Source: Longimicrobiales bacterium
Lineage (GTDB): Bacteria; Gemmatimonadota; Gemmatimonadetes; Longimicrobiales; Gaopeijiaceae
NCBI GenBank assembly: GCA_965249725.1
Contig: CBDFMQ010000002.1
Span: forward strand, 2,656,001-2,720,000
Length of the DNA: 64,000 bases
Direction of reading: 5' to 3'
Every line of letters starts with the position of its first letter. The stretch's first letter is position 1. Position numbers and translations under genes: made by a program. Below are positions 47,857-58,401 of this stretch, piece after piece. Under the pieces are notes generated by a model. That model had not been told where the DNA came from and did no database searches. It was given only the letters and a program-made list of their open reading frames with translations.

Positions 47857-48155
47857 CGGCTCGTGGGCGATGATCGCATCGGCCAGGTTGTACAGATCGC
47901 CTCCTTGCAGAGCCGGAACCCGGACTCCATGATAAGAATGCTGCTGCGTCTCGTGGGCCGCAAAATGATGGTCGCACTGAGGGAGCGAAAACGCCTTCAG
48001 GCTCGCTTCCAGAAACTAAGCGGACATCTGTGGCACGAGGGTGGAGTAGTGCGGACTCGGACGTCTCCTTCTGGAGATCGCGGTGCGCTGACGCCGCCCG
48101 AGCCGCTACAAGTGGTCCGCATCGGTGGAGGAAACCATGCCACCCGGCAGTCTAA

Positions 48156-48188
48156 TCGGCCGGGGCACCAACTCGGTGCCTCGGCCGA
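48156..48188 (-). terminator. 14-bp GC-rich hairpin downstream of the esterase gene
   Basis: TCGGCCGGGGCACC-AACTC-GGTGCCTCGGCCGA with one imperfect pair, 32 nt past the stop at 48220; no clear U tract. Confidence 0.45.
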
Positions 48189-48219
48189 CGTCGTCTGGGC
48201 CGCCCCGCCTGCCAGCCTC

Positions 48220-49959
48220 CTAGTAGCGCCAGCTAGTGAGGTCCGCCCCCGGGGGAGAGCCGTCGCGAATGCGCTCGAGAATTCTCGGTATGTACATCCA
48301 GTTGTAGCGCAGGCGTGAGATGTGGTTGCCGTTCTGCTGGTCACCGTTCCAGCAGTGCTCGGCCCGGTCGCCGTAGTCCACTTCCCCGCCGTAGTACGGA
48401 CTAGTGGTGCCCTCGAGGAAGTCCTCGGTCAGGTAGACGGCGTTGTTCAGGTAGTAGTTGTCCATGTCGCCCACATAGATGTGGACCTTGCCCTCGAGCT
48501 TGGGGCCTAGCGTCGCCCAGTCCCGCTCCATGATGTAGCGCAGGTCGTAGTTCTCCCTCCAGTACTCGGCCACCTCCCGATCGATGACTCCCGTCCGCTT
48601 GTCCCAGATCGGCTCGGGGTACCCATCTTCGGCCATCGGCGAATAGACAGCCTGCCATATGTCCCACTGCTGGCCCGACCGACCGCGTGTGGCCAAGGCC
48701 AACTCCACGTGGTTGTCGTCCTTCACCGACCGGTCCACCACCCCCAGCCAGTTTCGGCGCCCGGCCCTCTCGGTCCGCTTGAACGGACCGTCCATGAAGT
48801 AGGCGTTCTCGTCCTCGTAGATGTCGACAAGGGTGAAGGCCCGGAAATCGATGGGGTCGGGGCAGGCCGCGAACGCCCCGTTGTACTCGTCGGGATACAT
48901 GACCTGGACGGCCAGCGCCTCCCAGCCTCCGGTCGAACCGCCGTAGGTGAACCGGGACCATCCCTCTCCGATACCGCGGAACTGCTCTTCGATGTAAGGG
49001 ATGAGCTCATAGGTGATCGCGTCCCCGTACGGACCGATGTTCGCCGAGTTCACCGCGTACGAGTCGTCGTAATACGGGTTTGCGTGCTGTACTGAGATGA
49101 TGATCATGCGGGGGAAGTCGGGGCCGATCCACTTCTGGTAGAAGTCGTACGCTTCCTGCTGCTGGATACGGTTGTAGCCGTCCACGCCGAAGCGAGCACT
49201 GTAGGTCGGTTCGAGGTCCGGATCGGGCGGCTCGGTCCGGAAACCGCCGAAGGTGGCCGGAAAGTGCCCGTGGAACACCACCAGGGGATAACGAGCCTCG
49301 GGATGCTCATCGAAGCCCCCCGGGAGGAGAACGTTGGCCCCGAGATGCATGGGTCGGCCCCAGAATTCGGTCAACAGATCACTCTGCATCCGGATGTGCT
49401 TGATGTACTTCGTGTCCTCAGGCGGAGTGATGGGAGGAATCTCCTGGTCGAGCTCGATCAACACATGACCTCCCGCCGACGGATCGACCTGGATCCAGCG
49501 CGGGGTGCTGTACAGGTTGCCGGGCGCCTGTTGCCAATGCTGACCCTCACCCCGGTCCATTGGGAGCTTCACGGTCTTGCCGTTGGCCAGGTTGAAGGTC
49601 TCGTACTTGTGGAGCACCGCCTGCACCCAATACTCGCCGGCGGGCACGTCGGACAGGCTCTCGATGGGGAAGCCGAACACCCCTCCGTCCAAAACCGCCT
49701 CGGTGCCCGGTGCCAGTCCGTTCACATCGACGCCAAGCACCATCGGAGCCGCGGGTCCGGAGTTCACTTGGAAACGAGGCTCCGACGATTCGTGGGTGCT
49801 CAGGATCAGGATGACCCTACCGTCGAGGGGCTCCGATCCCATCGACTCCGCAAAGGAGACACCGAAGCTCGGGGACCCCTGTCCGGAGCAGGAGGAGAGT
49901 ATCAGCAGGAGAGAAAGCGGTATTGATGCGGGGACGGAGAACACGCGTCGATCAGACAT
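48220..49959 (-). CDS. Putative esterase (alpha/beta hydrolase) lipoprotein
   Basis: Lipobox LSSC, VLLPGGF..HP..RYP, DSYAVNSAN.GPYGDA, nucleophile elbow GGSTGG, GDMDNYYL, EHCW. Confidence 0.82.
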   Translation of the reverse strand: MSDRRVFSVPASIPLSLLLILSSCSGQGSPSFGVSFAESMGSEPLDGRVILILSTHESSEPRFQVNSGPAAPMVLGVDVNGLAPGTEAVLDGGVFGFPIESLSDVPAGEYWVQAVLHKYETFNLANGKTVKLPMDRGEGQHWQQAPGNLYSTPRWIQVDPSAGGHVLIELDQEIPPITPPEDTKYIKHIRMQSDLLTEFWGRPMHLGANVLLPGGFDEHPEARYPLVVFHGHFPATFGGFRTEPPDPDLEPTYSARFGVDGYNRIQQQEAYDFYQKWIGPDFPRMIIISVQHANPYYDDSYAVNSANIGPYGDAITYELIPYIEEQFRGIGEGWSRFTYGGSTGGWEALAVQVMYPDEYNGAFAACPDPIDFRAFTLVDIYEDENAYFMDGPFKRTERAGRRNWLGVVDRSVKDDNHVELALATRGRSGQQWDIWQAVYSPMAEDGYPEPIWDKRTGVIDREVAEYWRENYDLRYIMERDWATLGPKLEGKVHIYVGDMDNYYLNNAVYLTEDFLEGTTSPYYGGEVDYGDRAEHCWNGDQQNGNHISRLRYNWMYIPRILERIRDGSPPGADLTSWRY

Positions 49960-50022
49960 CCCGAACCTCCAAATGAGCGCGGCCGGTCCTCGACTGTCAT
50001 GGCCCGGCCGACGTCGTATGTA

Positions 50023-52089
50023 TTACCCCTCCTCCACCCTCGCCCGTGTGATTACATCACCTTCGGCCACCAAGTCTGCCGTGTCCATCCCTCGCACGAC
50101 CTCGCCGAACACCGTGTAGTTGTGGTCCAGACGAAGGTTGTCGATGAGGTTGATGAACATCTGTCCGTCACCGGTGTCCCGGCCCCGGGTCGACGTCCCC
50201 ACTGTCCCGCGCCAATGGGACATCAAGCCGAGCTCGTCGCGCGAGTAGGCCGCGTCACCGTAGAACTCGTTGGAACCCGGACTGCCTCCCTGGAGCACGA
50301 AGTTCGTTACCACCCGGTGGTAGGTGAGTCCATCGAGGCTCCCGGCCCGTGCGAGTCGAACGAATCGAGCGGCATGTGTCGGAGCGTTGTGCGCCAGCAT
50401 GCGGATTTCGATCTCGCCCCCCCTCGCCATCTCCAGTACGACCCGGGTGTCGGCCAGCGCGTCGATCTCCTCGGGGGACGGGACGGGCGACCGCTCTACT
50501 GGGTTCGTCTGTGCTTGCCTATCGCCTCCCGTCCACCCGTTCAGGATCTCCGCCACTCGCTCGGCGAGCACCGGATCGTAGTCCGTGAGGTACGGCTCCA
50601 ACCGGCTCACATCGTCCCCACCACCGAGTTCGGCGATCCGGTTCACTAAGGCCATCCGGGGGTCTCGCGCGGTCTGCCGTCGTGCTTGCGATATCCTGTC
50701 CAGGGCATCGAACAACGCTGCTACCGTGTTGCTTCGATCGGGCGTGCCCTCCAGGAGTCGCGCCACCGTGAGCAGGAGGAATGGATCGTCCTGAGCGAGC
50801 TGCGCAATCAGCACGTCGTCCACCTCGTGTCCGCGAAGCCGGGCCAATCCCTGGACAGCTGCCGTACGGACGTTCGGTACCGCGTCGGTAGCCAGCGCCT
50901 CCAGGGCGTCAGCCTCACCGAGTATCGTTGCGGCCCGAGCAGCATACACCCGAGCGAACGGATTCGTGTGCGCGGCGAAGGCTTCGAGGAGCGGTGCTGC
51001 CTGGCCCGCAGACACTGAAGCGAGCGAGACGAGCGCGTGCGCCGGACGATGCCAATCGGACGGATCCGCCATCTCGTGGCCGGCCGCGATGGCGGCGAGC
51101 AGTTGGGTCTGGCTGGTCCGTTCCTCACACTCCTGGCCGAGAAGGTCCAGGGCCGCCACGGCTACGTGGTAGTCCACGTCGACGGCCGCATCGAAAAGCC
51201 GCGGACATTCCTCGCTGCCGGGAACCCGGGCGGCATAGCTCCGGACGGCCTCGACCCGGACGCGCGCCGAAGGGTCATCGAGACCCCGGACCAGAAGATC
51301 GATGCTCACGTCGGCGGACGCCTCGCGCCCCATGATGGTCACGGCGAGCCGCCGCACGTCGGGGTCGTCGTCGTCCAAGGCCTCGGCCAAGGTCGTGGCG
51401 CGGGGGTTACCGAACCACGACAGTGCCAGCATGGCCGTCCGCCTTATCCGCGCGGCCCCATCCGGATCGTCTGATCGACTCGAGCGGCCGAAAGCGGCCA
51501 GGTCCTGGAGCCTGTCTAAGGTGGCTCCGGAGAGTCCCTCCGCACCGAGCCCACGAGAGAAGGACTCGAGGCCCATGACGGCCCCCGTGAGGGTGCTCAA
51601 CGGTGGGTCGGCCTCGTCGGACATGAGTTGGACGAGCATCTGCTCCGCTAACTGGGCCCGATCGGCCTCTCCGTACTGAAGCCTCCCCAACGTCCGGGCT
51701 ACTACGCCCCGGACATCTCCGTCTTCCTCGTTCGCCAGGTGGGCGAAGAGCCGGTCGGCAACCTCGTCTCCGTCCGCACCCAGAACGGACTGTCCCAGTG
51801 CGTTCACCGCCTCCGCACGCACGCTCGCATCAGGAGACGCTAGCAGAGGCACCACAAGGCCGATGTTCTCCGGCTTCTCGAGCCGCCCTACCGCCCGTAC
51901 CGCGAGCCTCTGGATGTCGGGATCGCTCGAAGCCAAGCCGTCCTCGAGAGGCTGAAGGCCGGCGGGCCCGGCGGCCCTGGCGTCTTCGGTGTCGATGATC
52001 GCAGCCCGTAGGTCGACGTCGCTCCCGTCACCGCAACCGGAGAGCCAGAGGGTCGCGGCGGCGACGAAGACGGTCGATCCGGTCCTCAT
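50023..52089 (-). CDS. HEAT-repeat lipoprotein with C-terminal cyclophilin-type PPIase domain
   Basis: Lipobox LSGC, multiple HEAT repeats, YHRVVTNFVLQGG, H.RGTVG..TRGRDTGDGQMFINL, YTVFG.V..GMD. Confidence 0.9.
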   Translation of the reverse strand: MRTGSTVFVAAATLWLSGCGDGSDVDLRAAIIDTEDARAAGPAGLQPLEDGLASSDPDIQRLAVRAVGRLEKPENIGLVVPLLASPDASVRAEAVNALGQSVLGADGDEVADRLFAHLANEEDGDVRGVVARTLGRLQYGEADRAQLAEQMLVQLMSDEADPPLSTLTGAVMGLESFSRGLGAEGLSGATLDRLQDLAAFGRSSRSDDPDGAARIRRTAMLALSWFGNPRATTLAEALDDDDPDVRRLAVTIMGREASADVSIDLLVRGLDDPSARVRVEAVRSYAARVPGSEECPRLFDAAVDVDYHVAVAALDLLGQECEERTSQTQLLAAIAAGHEMADPSDWHRPAHALVSLASVSAGQAAPLLEAFAAHTNPFARVYAARAATILGEADALEALATDAVPNVRTAAVQGLARLRGHEVDDVLIAQLAQDDPFLLLTVARLLEGTPDRSNTVAALFDALDRISQARRQTARDPRMALVNRIAELGGGDDVSRLEPYLTDYDPVLAERVAEILNGWTGGDRQAQTNPVERSPVPSPEEIDALADTRVVLEMARGGEIEIRMLAHNAPTHAARFVRLARAGSLDGLTYHRVVTNFVLQGGSPGSNEFYGDAAYSRDELGLMSHWRGTVGTSTRGRDTGDGQMFINLIDNLRLDHNYTVFGEVVRGMDTADLVAEGDVITRARVEEG

Positions 52090-53063
52090 AGGCCCAACAA
52101 CGCGGCAGCGTTGCCCCCGTACACCCCAGCCTCGTCCTCTGTGGAGAGTCCCAGTTGAGCAATGGACGACTTCATCTTCTCGAGGCTCCCGATCATGTGC
52201 GGGTAGTCGCTGCCCGCGAGCACGTGATCGGGCCCGGCGAAATCAAGCGCCAGCTTCAAGCAGGCCGGGTCGAAGTTCACGGTATCGAAGTAGAACTGGC
52301 GGAGGTAATCGGTGGGTGGGCGGGAGATGTTCACCCGACAGCGCGGAAACGCCTCGAACCCACGATCCAGTCGCTCGGCCAAGAACGGGATCGCACCTCC
52401 GGTATGGCAGAGCGCCCAACGAATGCCGGGGAAGCGCTCCGGGACCCCCGCGTAGATCAAGTGCGCGGTGGCCAGCGTCGTATCCATGAGGAATCCCACG
52501 AGCGGCATCAGCATGTACTCTTCCATGGCCTCTACTCCCACCGGATAGGTCGGGTGGATGTAGATCACGGCTCCCGCCTCATCGGCCCGCTCGTAGAGCG
52601 GCCAAAAGCGTTCGTCCGCCAACGGTACGCCCGAAGCATTGCTGAACAGCATGACTCCCGGGAAACCCAACTGACCCAACACCCGATCGAACTCGATGGC
52701 GGCTGCCTCCGGGTTGTTCAGAGGGAGGTGGGCGAGGGGGGTGAAACGATCAGGGTGCCGGTCCCTCGCGTTCGCGAGCCCGTCGTTGATGATCGTGGCG
52801 AGCTCGGCCGCCCGGTCGGGCGACTCGATGCTCGTCCCCGGCGCGGTGAACGTGATCACCTGCCTGTCCACGCCCGCCTCGTCGAGCACATCTCGCCTGA
52901 AGTCGATATCGCGATGGCCCGGAACGATGACGTTGTAGTCACCCGGGGAATGCAGAACGGGATTCCCTTCCTCGTCCTCGGTGATCCTGAAGTTGCTGGG
53001 TCCCGAACGGATGGCGTCCAGAAACTCAGGCGGGAAGAAGTGATTGTGGAAGTCGATAATCAT
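52086..53063 (-). CDS. Amidohydrolase_2 family protein (ACMSD-like decarboxylase/hydratase)
   Basis: IDFHNH, YIHP, CHTGGAIPF, YFDT, GSDYPH. Confidence 0.9.
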   Translation of the reverse strand: MIIDFHNHFFPPEFLDAIRSGPSNFRITEDEEGNPVLHSPGDYNVIVPGHRDIDFRRDVLDEAGVDRQVITFTAPGTSIESPDRAAELATIINDGLANARDRHPDRFTPLAHLPLNNPEAAAIEFDRVLGQLGFPGVMLFSNASGVPLADERFWPLYERADEAGAVIYIHPTYPVGVEAMEEYMLMPLVGFLMDTTLATAHLIYAGVPERFPGIRWALCHTGGAIPFLAERLDRGFEAFPRCRVNISRPPTDYLRQFYFDTVNFDPACLKLALDFAGPDHVLAGSDYPHMIGSLEKMKSSIAQLGLSTEDEAGVYGGNAAALLGL

Positions 53064-54436
53064 GCTGGGTTCTCTGGCAGAGTGCGTGTGGGCCGTGCCC
53101 AGAAACGGTAGACAGGGTAGCCGACGGCCACCATCCCGAGACCGAGGGCGCTCTCAACGGGATCATTGATGACCTGATTCACCACGATGGCGAAGGCGGA
53201 GACCGCGAACAGAGCCGGTGCCCAAGGATACCCCCATGCCGAGTACTCCCGGGTCAGACCCGGCCGTCGACGAAGTATGAAGAGTCCGATGGCCATGAGT
53301 CCGAAGAAGATCCACTCGGTGTAGACCACCCTCGTAAATAGCGCGCGATACGTGCCCGTCGCGACGAGCACGGAGGCCCACAAGGCCTGCAGCACGATGG
53401 CCCGATGCGGGGTGTGATACCGGGGATGGAGGCCACTGACCCAGTCGAACAGCATGCCGTCACGGGCCATCGCGTAGTACACACGTGGACCCGACAGGAC
53501 GATGCCGGCCAAGGCGCCGAAGGCAGAGAACATGACCAGGCCGGTCATGGCCACCCCGCCCGCGTAGCCGAAGACGGACTCCGCGGCATCCGCCGCCACA
53601 CGCTCGGAGACGATGACGGTCTCCAGGGGCAGCACATAGAAGTAGACGGCATTCAGCGCGACGTAGCAGATGGTGACGGTGAGCACGCCCCACGCCAACG
53701 CCCGGGGAATGGTCCGAGTGGGGTCCACCGTCTCCTCGGCGTTGTACGTCACCATGTGCCATCCGCCGAAGGCGAAGAGCCCGGCCACGAGTGCCAAGAG
53801 GAAGTCGGAAAACGTGCCGCCTCCTAGAAGGCCCCCGGCTGTCGCCGATTCCGCCGCACCGACCAATCCCGAGGCTCCGACATCGGCAGCGTCCGGTGGT
53901 GACCCCAAGGAGAAGCCCAGGGCCACGATCAGGACGATGGCCAGGACCTTGATGAACGTGAAGGCGGCCTGCAGGTCGCTTCCCTGCTTCACACCGACGT
54001 AGTTGACGGCCGATATCGCGAGAATCGCGGAAATCGCGACCGCCCGCGTCCCGACGGGGCCCAACTCCACCAGAAAGCCGACATAAAAGGCGAACACCAT
54101 GCCGATGGCCGCGATGATTCCGGAATGCATGGTCCAGAACATGGCCCAGCCCCAGAGGAAGCCCAGCCAGCCTCCGAAAGACTCCCTCAGAAAGGCATAC
54201 ACGCCTCCGCTCTCCGGGAGAGTCGAGGCGAGTTCGGCCGTGACGAGAGCGCCGATGAGCGTGAGCCCACCCGCCACCAACCAAACCAGGGCGGCCCCAG
54301 TGAGCGAGGGCACCCTCCCGGTGACCTCAGAGGGTTGTACGAAGATCGCTGTGCCGATGATGGTCCCCACGACCATGGCTGTGGCGTGAGGAAGGCGAAT
54401 CGCCCGAGACAGCCCGGCTCCGGGGTGTTCGCTCAT
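53060..54436 (-). CDS. APC-family amino acid permease
   Basis: VGTIIGTAIFVQP, AELASTLPESGG.Y, LFAFGGW, PRVYYAMARDG, HP.YHTP, WGYPW.P. Confidence 0.93.
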   Translation of the reverse strand: MSEHPGAGLSRAIRLPHATAMVVGTIIGTAIFVQPSEVTGRVPSLTGAALVWLVAGGLTLIGALVTAELASTLPESGGVYAFLRESFGGWLGFLWGWAMFWTMHSGIIAAIGMVFAFYVGFLVELGPVGTRAVAISAILAISAVNYVGVKQGSDLQAAFTFIKVLAIVLIVALGFSLGSPPDAADVGASGLVGAAESATAGGLLGGGTFSDFLLALVAGLFAFGGWHMVTYNAEETVDPTRTIPRALAWGVLTVTICYVALNAVYFYVLPLETVIVSERVAADAAESVFGYAGGVAMTGLVMFSAFGALAGIVLSGPRVYYAMARDGMLFDWVSGLHPRYHTPHRAIVLQALWASVLVATGTYRALFTRVVYTEWIFFGLMAIGLFILRRRPGLTREYSAWGYPWAPALFAVSAFAIVVNQVINDPVESALGLGMVAVGYPVYRFWARPTRTLPENPA

Positions 54437-54445
54437 AAGGGCGCC

Positions 54446-55702
54446 CTAGATAATCTCTGTATCTACGTTTGTCTCACCCTCCGAGCGCGCAATGATCGCC
54501 GCGCCGCATGAGTCGCCGAACACGTTGACCGCCGTGCGATACATGTCGAGCGGCCGGTCGATCGCGAGCATCGAGCCGACGATCGCGTTCACTTCCGGCC
54601 CCCCCAGGCCGATCTGGCCGAGAACGATGAAGATGATCACGAGGCCGGCCGAGGGCACCGCGGCCGCACCGATCGATGCGGCCAGCGCGGTGAGAACGAC
54701 GACGGCCTGCGTGGCGAGCGAGAGTTCGAACCCGAGCACCTGGGCGATGAAGAGCGCCCCGACGCACTCGAAGACTGCGGTACCGTCCATGTTGACGGTC
54801 GCGCCCATCGGGAGCACGAACGAGGTGATCTTGTTCGAGACGCCGACTTTCTCCTCGACGGCCCTCATCGTGACGGGCAGCGTGGCGCCCGACGAGCTGG
54901 TCGAGAAAGCGATCAGGAGCGGCTCCCGCATATTCGCGAAGTGGATCCGCGGCTTGATCCCTCCGAGGAAGATGAGGAGCAGCGGGAGCGTGACGAAGAG
55001 ATGGATCGAGACGCCGGAGAAGATGGTGATCGCGTAGAGGGCAAGCGGCCGAAACGCATCGAAGCCGGTGGTCCCCACCATCCTCGCGATGAGCGCGAAG
55101 ACGCCGATGGGGAGGAACTTTATGATGCCCGACGTGAGCACCATCATCGCGTGGAAGAGCGCGTCGAAGGTGTCCGTGAGGAGCGTGCGGGCTTTCCCCG
55201 GTAGCGTCGCGATCGAGGCGCCGAAGACGATGCAGAAGAAGATGACCGCCAGCATGTCTCCGGCCGCCGTCGCCTGGATGAAGTTCTCCGGGACGATGTC
55301 GAGCAGTAAGTCGACCGGGGAATCGGGCGTCTGCAGCTCCGGCAGCTCTCCGGCCGCGACGTCGACCATGTTCGCGCCCACTCCCGGCCGGATCAGGTTG
55401 ACCATCATGAGCCCCACCATCGCCGCCAGGAAGCTCGACAAGACGTAGTAGCCGAGTGTCTTGCTGAAGAGCCGCCCGAGCGCGCGACCGCCGCCTACCG
55501 ATGCCACGCCCGAGATGATCGACGTCAGCACCAGCGGCACGATGATCATCCGCAGCAGCTTCATGAAGAGGTCGCCGATCCAGCCGAGCTGATCGGCAGC
55601 GGGCGCGCCGAAGATGGCTCCGGTCATAGCGCCGAGGCCCATCGCGACGAGTACCTGCCAGTGAAGCTGGCGGTACCAGGGTAGGTCCGGATTGTGCTCC
55701 AT
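54446..55702 (-). CDS. Dicarboxylate/amino acid:cation symporter (DAACS, GltP-like)
   Basis: LRMIIVPLV, AFSTSSSGATLP, PMGATVNMDG, DRPLDMYRTAVNVFGD. Confidence 0.95.
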   Translation of the reverse strand: MEHNPDLPWYRQLHWQVLVAMGLGAMTGAIFGAPAADQLGWIGDLFMKLLRMIIVPLVLTSIISGVASVGGGRALGRLFSKTLGYYVLSSFLAAMVGLMMVNLIRPGVGANMVDVAAGELPELQTPDSPVDLLLDIVPENFIQATAAGDMLAVIFFCIVFGASIATLPGKARTLLTDTFDALFHAMMVLTSGIIKFLPIGVFALIARMVGTTGFDAFRPLALYAITIFSGVSIHLFVTLPLLLIFLGGIKPRIHFANMREPLLIAFSTSSSGATLPVTMRAVEEKVGVSNKITSFVLPMGATVNMDGTAVFECVGALFIAQVLGFELSLATQAVVVLTALAASIGAAAVPSAGLVIIFIVLGQIGLGGPEVNAIVGSMLAIDRPLDMYRTAVNVFGDSCGAAIIARSEGETNVDTEII

Positions 55703-55899
55703 CGTGTTCGACCCTTTAGGTTCGGGGGGTCCCTGGGACTGGTGGGCCGCAAGAATAGGCGGCGCTCACGCCTCCAGACAACTCGCTCTTCTGGGTGGGC
55801 CTCGACATATGGCTGGCTTTCCTGGGGTACTGAAGCTCGGAAACTCGCCGAAGATAGACCGTGTCCGGGACTCCCGACAACCACTCGTGTCGGGGTGCA

Positions 55900-58242
55900 C
55901 TAGCCGGCCAGGCGGATCAGTTCCTCCCTGGCCCGATCCATCTCGTCCTCCACCCGCAATCCGTCGTCGGCCCCTTCGAGGAGGCTCAGGAATCGAGCAT
56001 ACGACTCGCGTGCCCCCGTCCTTTCGTCGATCCGCTCCAGTGCGCGGCCCAGCTCGTAATGTCGGAGTACCTCGTAGTGTAAGTCCGGCCAGAGCACTTC
56101 GTGAAGCAGACGGCGTCCCTGGTCGGCCGTGGGGCCCCATGACGCCATCGCCGCCACAAGCCGAAAGGAGAGTGCAGCCCCGGCTCCCATCGCACCGAGG
56201 GCATCGGTCGGAGCCGTGTTCACGCCGGCGGGTGTCCATCGGCCTGCCCGCTCGAGTCCACTCTGCAGCCTCTCGATGGCGGCCGCCGTGTCTCCCCTTT
56301 GGAGCAGAACCCACCCCCGGGAGGCGTCCAGCAGGCCGGAGGCCACCGTCTCGAGCTCGCCAGGGAGATCATCCGCCTGAAGGGCGTCCAGAGCAGCCTC
56401 GCCCCGCCTGGCGTCTCCCGAGGCCAGATAGCTCAGCACCTGGACGAACCGCGTCTCCCACGGCGGCAACGAGCCGACTCCCCCGACGTCACCCGGGACC
56501 CCAGCCTCGAGGCCACGCATCACCTCTCCCGGATCGATAAAGCCCGCCACGGCCGGATAGTCCGTCAGGTGCCCCCGGATCACGTGGGTCGGCACGACAT
56601 CCAGACGGGTCGTGTCGGCGGCCTCCGCCATCTGACCCGTGGTCGTGAGGAGAAGAGTCCGAATCGCCCAGAGGGCCACCTTCCGCTCGGCCGGCACCAA
56701 CGGGATGACGGCGTCGAGGCCACCACTGAAGTCGGCGGGACTGCCGATACCCACCCTGTACGACCCTACCGTATAGGTGAACGCCGAACCCACGTCGGCC
56801 ATGAGCTCCCGAGCGACGGCGGCGCGGGTCTCGGGCGCGTCCCAGAGCGCCGTTCCGACGCGCCGGAGGTCCGAAGCCTGCCGTAGCCCCGTCGCCTCAG
56901 CCGTTACCAGGTAGCGCTCGAAGCGGGCCTTGTCACCGAACTGCAGTGCCGTCTCGATGGGGTGAATCAGGCCCGCGGTCATCGTCGGGTCGAGGGCCAA
57001 GAGGCGCTCCACAGGATCCATGAGCTCTTCTAGCCCCAGTCCGAAGAGTGGGCGCTGATGGAATCCGATCTCGGCAAGCAGATGCAGCGCCTCGAGGTCG
57101 TCGGGATAGTCCTCGAGGATCGCCTGGAGCGTATCCGCGGGAGCGCGGTCGCTCGCATCCTGATCCATCTGCCAACGGGCGACAACGACGCGGCGCTTGC
57201 GTGCCGGAAGCCGCTCGGAGAGCCGATAGGCGGCATCCGCACTGAGCCTGGCATTCTCCGTGAAGACTCCGTCGGCCCAGCCATACGTGTCGGAGAGGCG
57301 GGCGTAGGCCAAGGCGAACGTGGTGTCGGCTCGCACGGCCCGAACAAAGGCGTTGGCGGCGGCCCTCCACTGGCCTCGTCGGAACACAGCCTCCCCTCGG
57401 AGATAGTGGTTGAGAGCCTCAGGGCTACTCGTCGTCATGGCGCCGACGTCGACATACGGCGTCGGCCGGGAAGACCGCCAGATATCGTCTATCAAGGCTC
57501 CGGACAGACGATTCAGGAGGGCCGTCAGGTCATCCGCAGACCCTGCGGCTAGGGCCTCGCCGATCTTCCAGCCGTCCGCCCGGTGGAGCGTCGCCGAGAC
57601 CTCGAGAGTCGTACCCTGAGCCGCGACGCTCCCGGTCAGAACGGAGCCGGCCCCCACGTCGCGCGCCAAGGCGAGGGCTGCAGGCAGATCTCCGGGCCGG
57701 CCCGTCTCGCGGTGGCGCCCCAGTACGATTCGGCTGTTGGCGGTCCTGATGACGCCCGTTCCCTCGAGGCTGAGCATCAGGAGGTCGGGTACCCCCTCGG
57801 CGAGGTGGTTGGCCCCCTCGCCCGAAACCGTGAACGGCAAGACCGCCACGACCTCGGCGCCTCTCGCCACGATGCCGTTCCTCGGCTTGACCCACCACAG
57901 CGCAACCCCGAAGAGGGCGACGCCCAATACGAACGCATCGAGGTATCCTGCCACCCGGGGAGGGCTCTTCCATACCTCAGGGAGCCTGTCCGCCCGGCAC
58001 ACTCCGGTTGTCGTCCAGACAAAGAACCAACTCAGGATCAAGACCGCGGGGAGTCCGATGGGCAACAGGATCGCGACCGCGTCCAGCACCCAGAACGGCA
58101 TTTGGAAGAAGACCGTAACGAGGTCGGCGGCCTGATAGAGGGCCAGAGCGGCTACCCCGTAGGCCAAAGCCACACGGGTGACACCTCTCTTGTGCGCCTC
58201 CAGGAGGAGGGCGGGAACTCGCGACCTGGTGGGCTCCGGCAT
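55900..58242 (-). CDS. Membrane protein with TolB_N-like and TPR domains
   Basis: N-terminal 3-TM module ([11 protein letters not shown]), [34 protein letters not shown] helices. Confidence 0.8.
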   Translation of the reverse strand: MPEPTRSRVPALLLEAHKRGVTRVALAYGVAALALYQAADLVTVFFQMPFWVLDAVAILLPIGLPAVLILSWFFVWTTTGVCRADRLPEVWKSPPRVAGYLDAFVLGVALFGVALWWVKPRNGIVARGAEVVAVLPFTVSGEGANHLAEGVPDLLMLSLEGTGVIRTANSRIVLGRHRETGRPGDLPAALALARDVGAGSVLTGSVAAQGTTLEVSATLHRADGWKIGEALAAGSADDLTALLNRLSGALIDDIWRSSRPTPYVDVGAMTTSSPEALNHYLRGEAVFRRGQWRAAANAFVRAVRADTTFALAYARLSDTYGWADGVFTENARLSADAAYRLSERLPARKRRVVVARWQMDQDASDRAPADTLQAILEDYPDDLEALHLLAEIGFHQRPLFGLGLEELMDPVERLLALDPTMTAGLIHPIETALQFGDKARFERYLVTAEATGLRQASDLRRVGTALWDAPETRAAVARELMADVGSAFTYTVGSYRVGIGSPADFSGGLDAVIPLVPAERKVALWAIRTLLLTTTGQMAEAADTTRLDVVPTHVIRGHLTDYPAVAGFIDPGEVMRGLEAGVPGDVGGVGSLPPWETRFVQVLSYLASGDARRGEAALDALQADDLPGELETVASGLLDASRGWVLLQRGDTAAAIERLQSGLERAGRWTPAGVNTAPTDALGAMGAGAALSFRLVAAMASWGPTADQGRRLLHEVLWPDLHYEVLRHYELGRALERIDERTGARESYARFLSLLEGADDGLRVEDEMDRAREELIRLAG

Positions 58243-58401
58243 CCCTCCAAGGTAACCCCTCGTCTCGCGGCGCTCCGAGGCTCGCTGCATGTTGTCGGGT
58301 CGCTCCCCGACGACGAACGCCAGTGGGGGCAATGGCCGGACTGCCTGTTCCCGGCGTCGCATCGGGCGGGGGCGTCGGTCCGTATCATGGAAGGAGAGCA
58401 C

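Noticed and set aside
57583..58401. N-terminal extension of the 798-aa ORF onto the lactate permease
   Set aside because: It is the antisense shadow of the TPR gene; permease homology and an RBS begin at GTG 58402.
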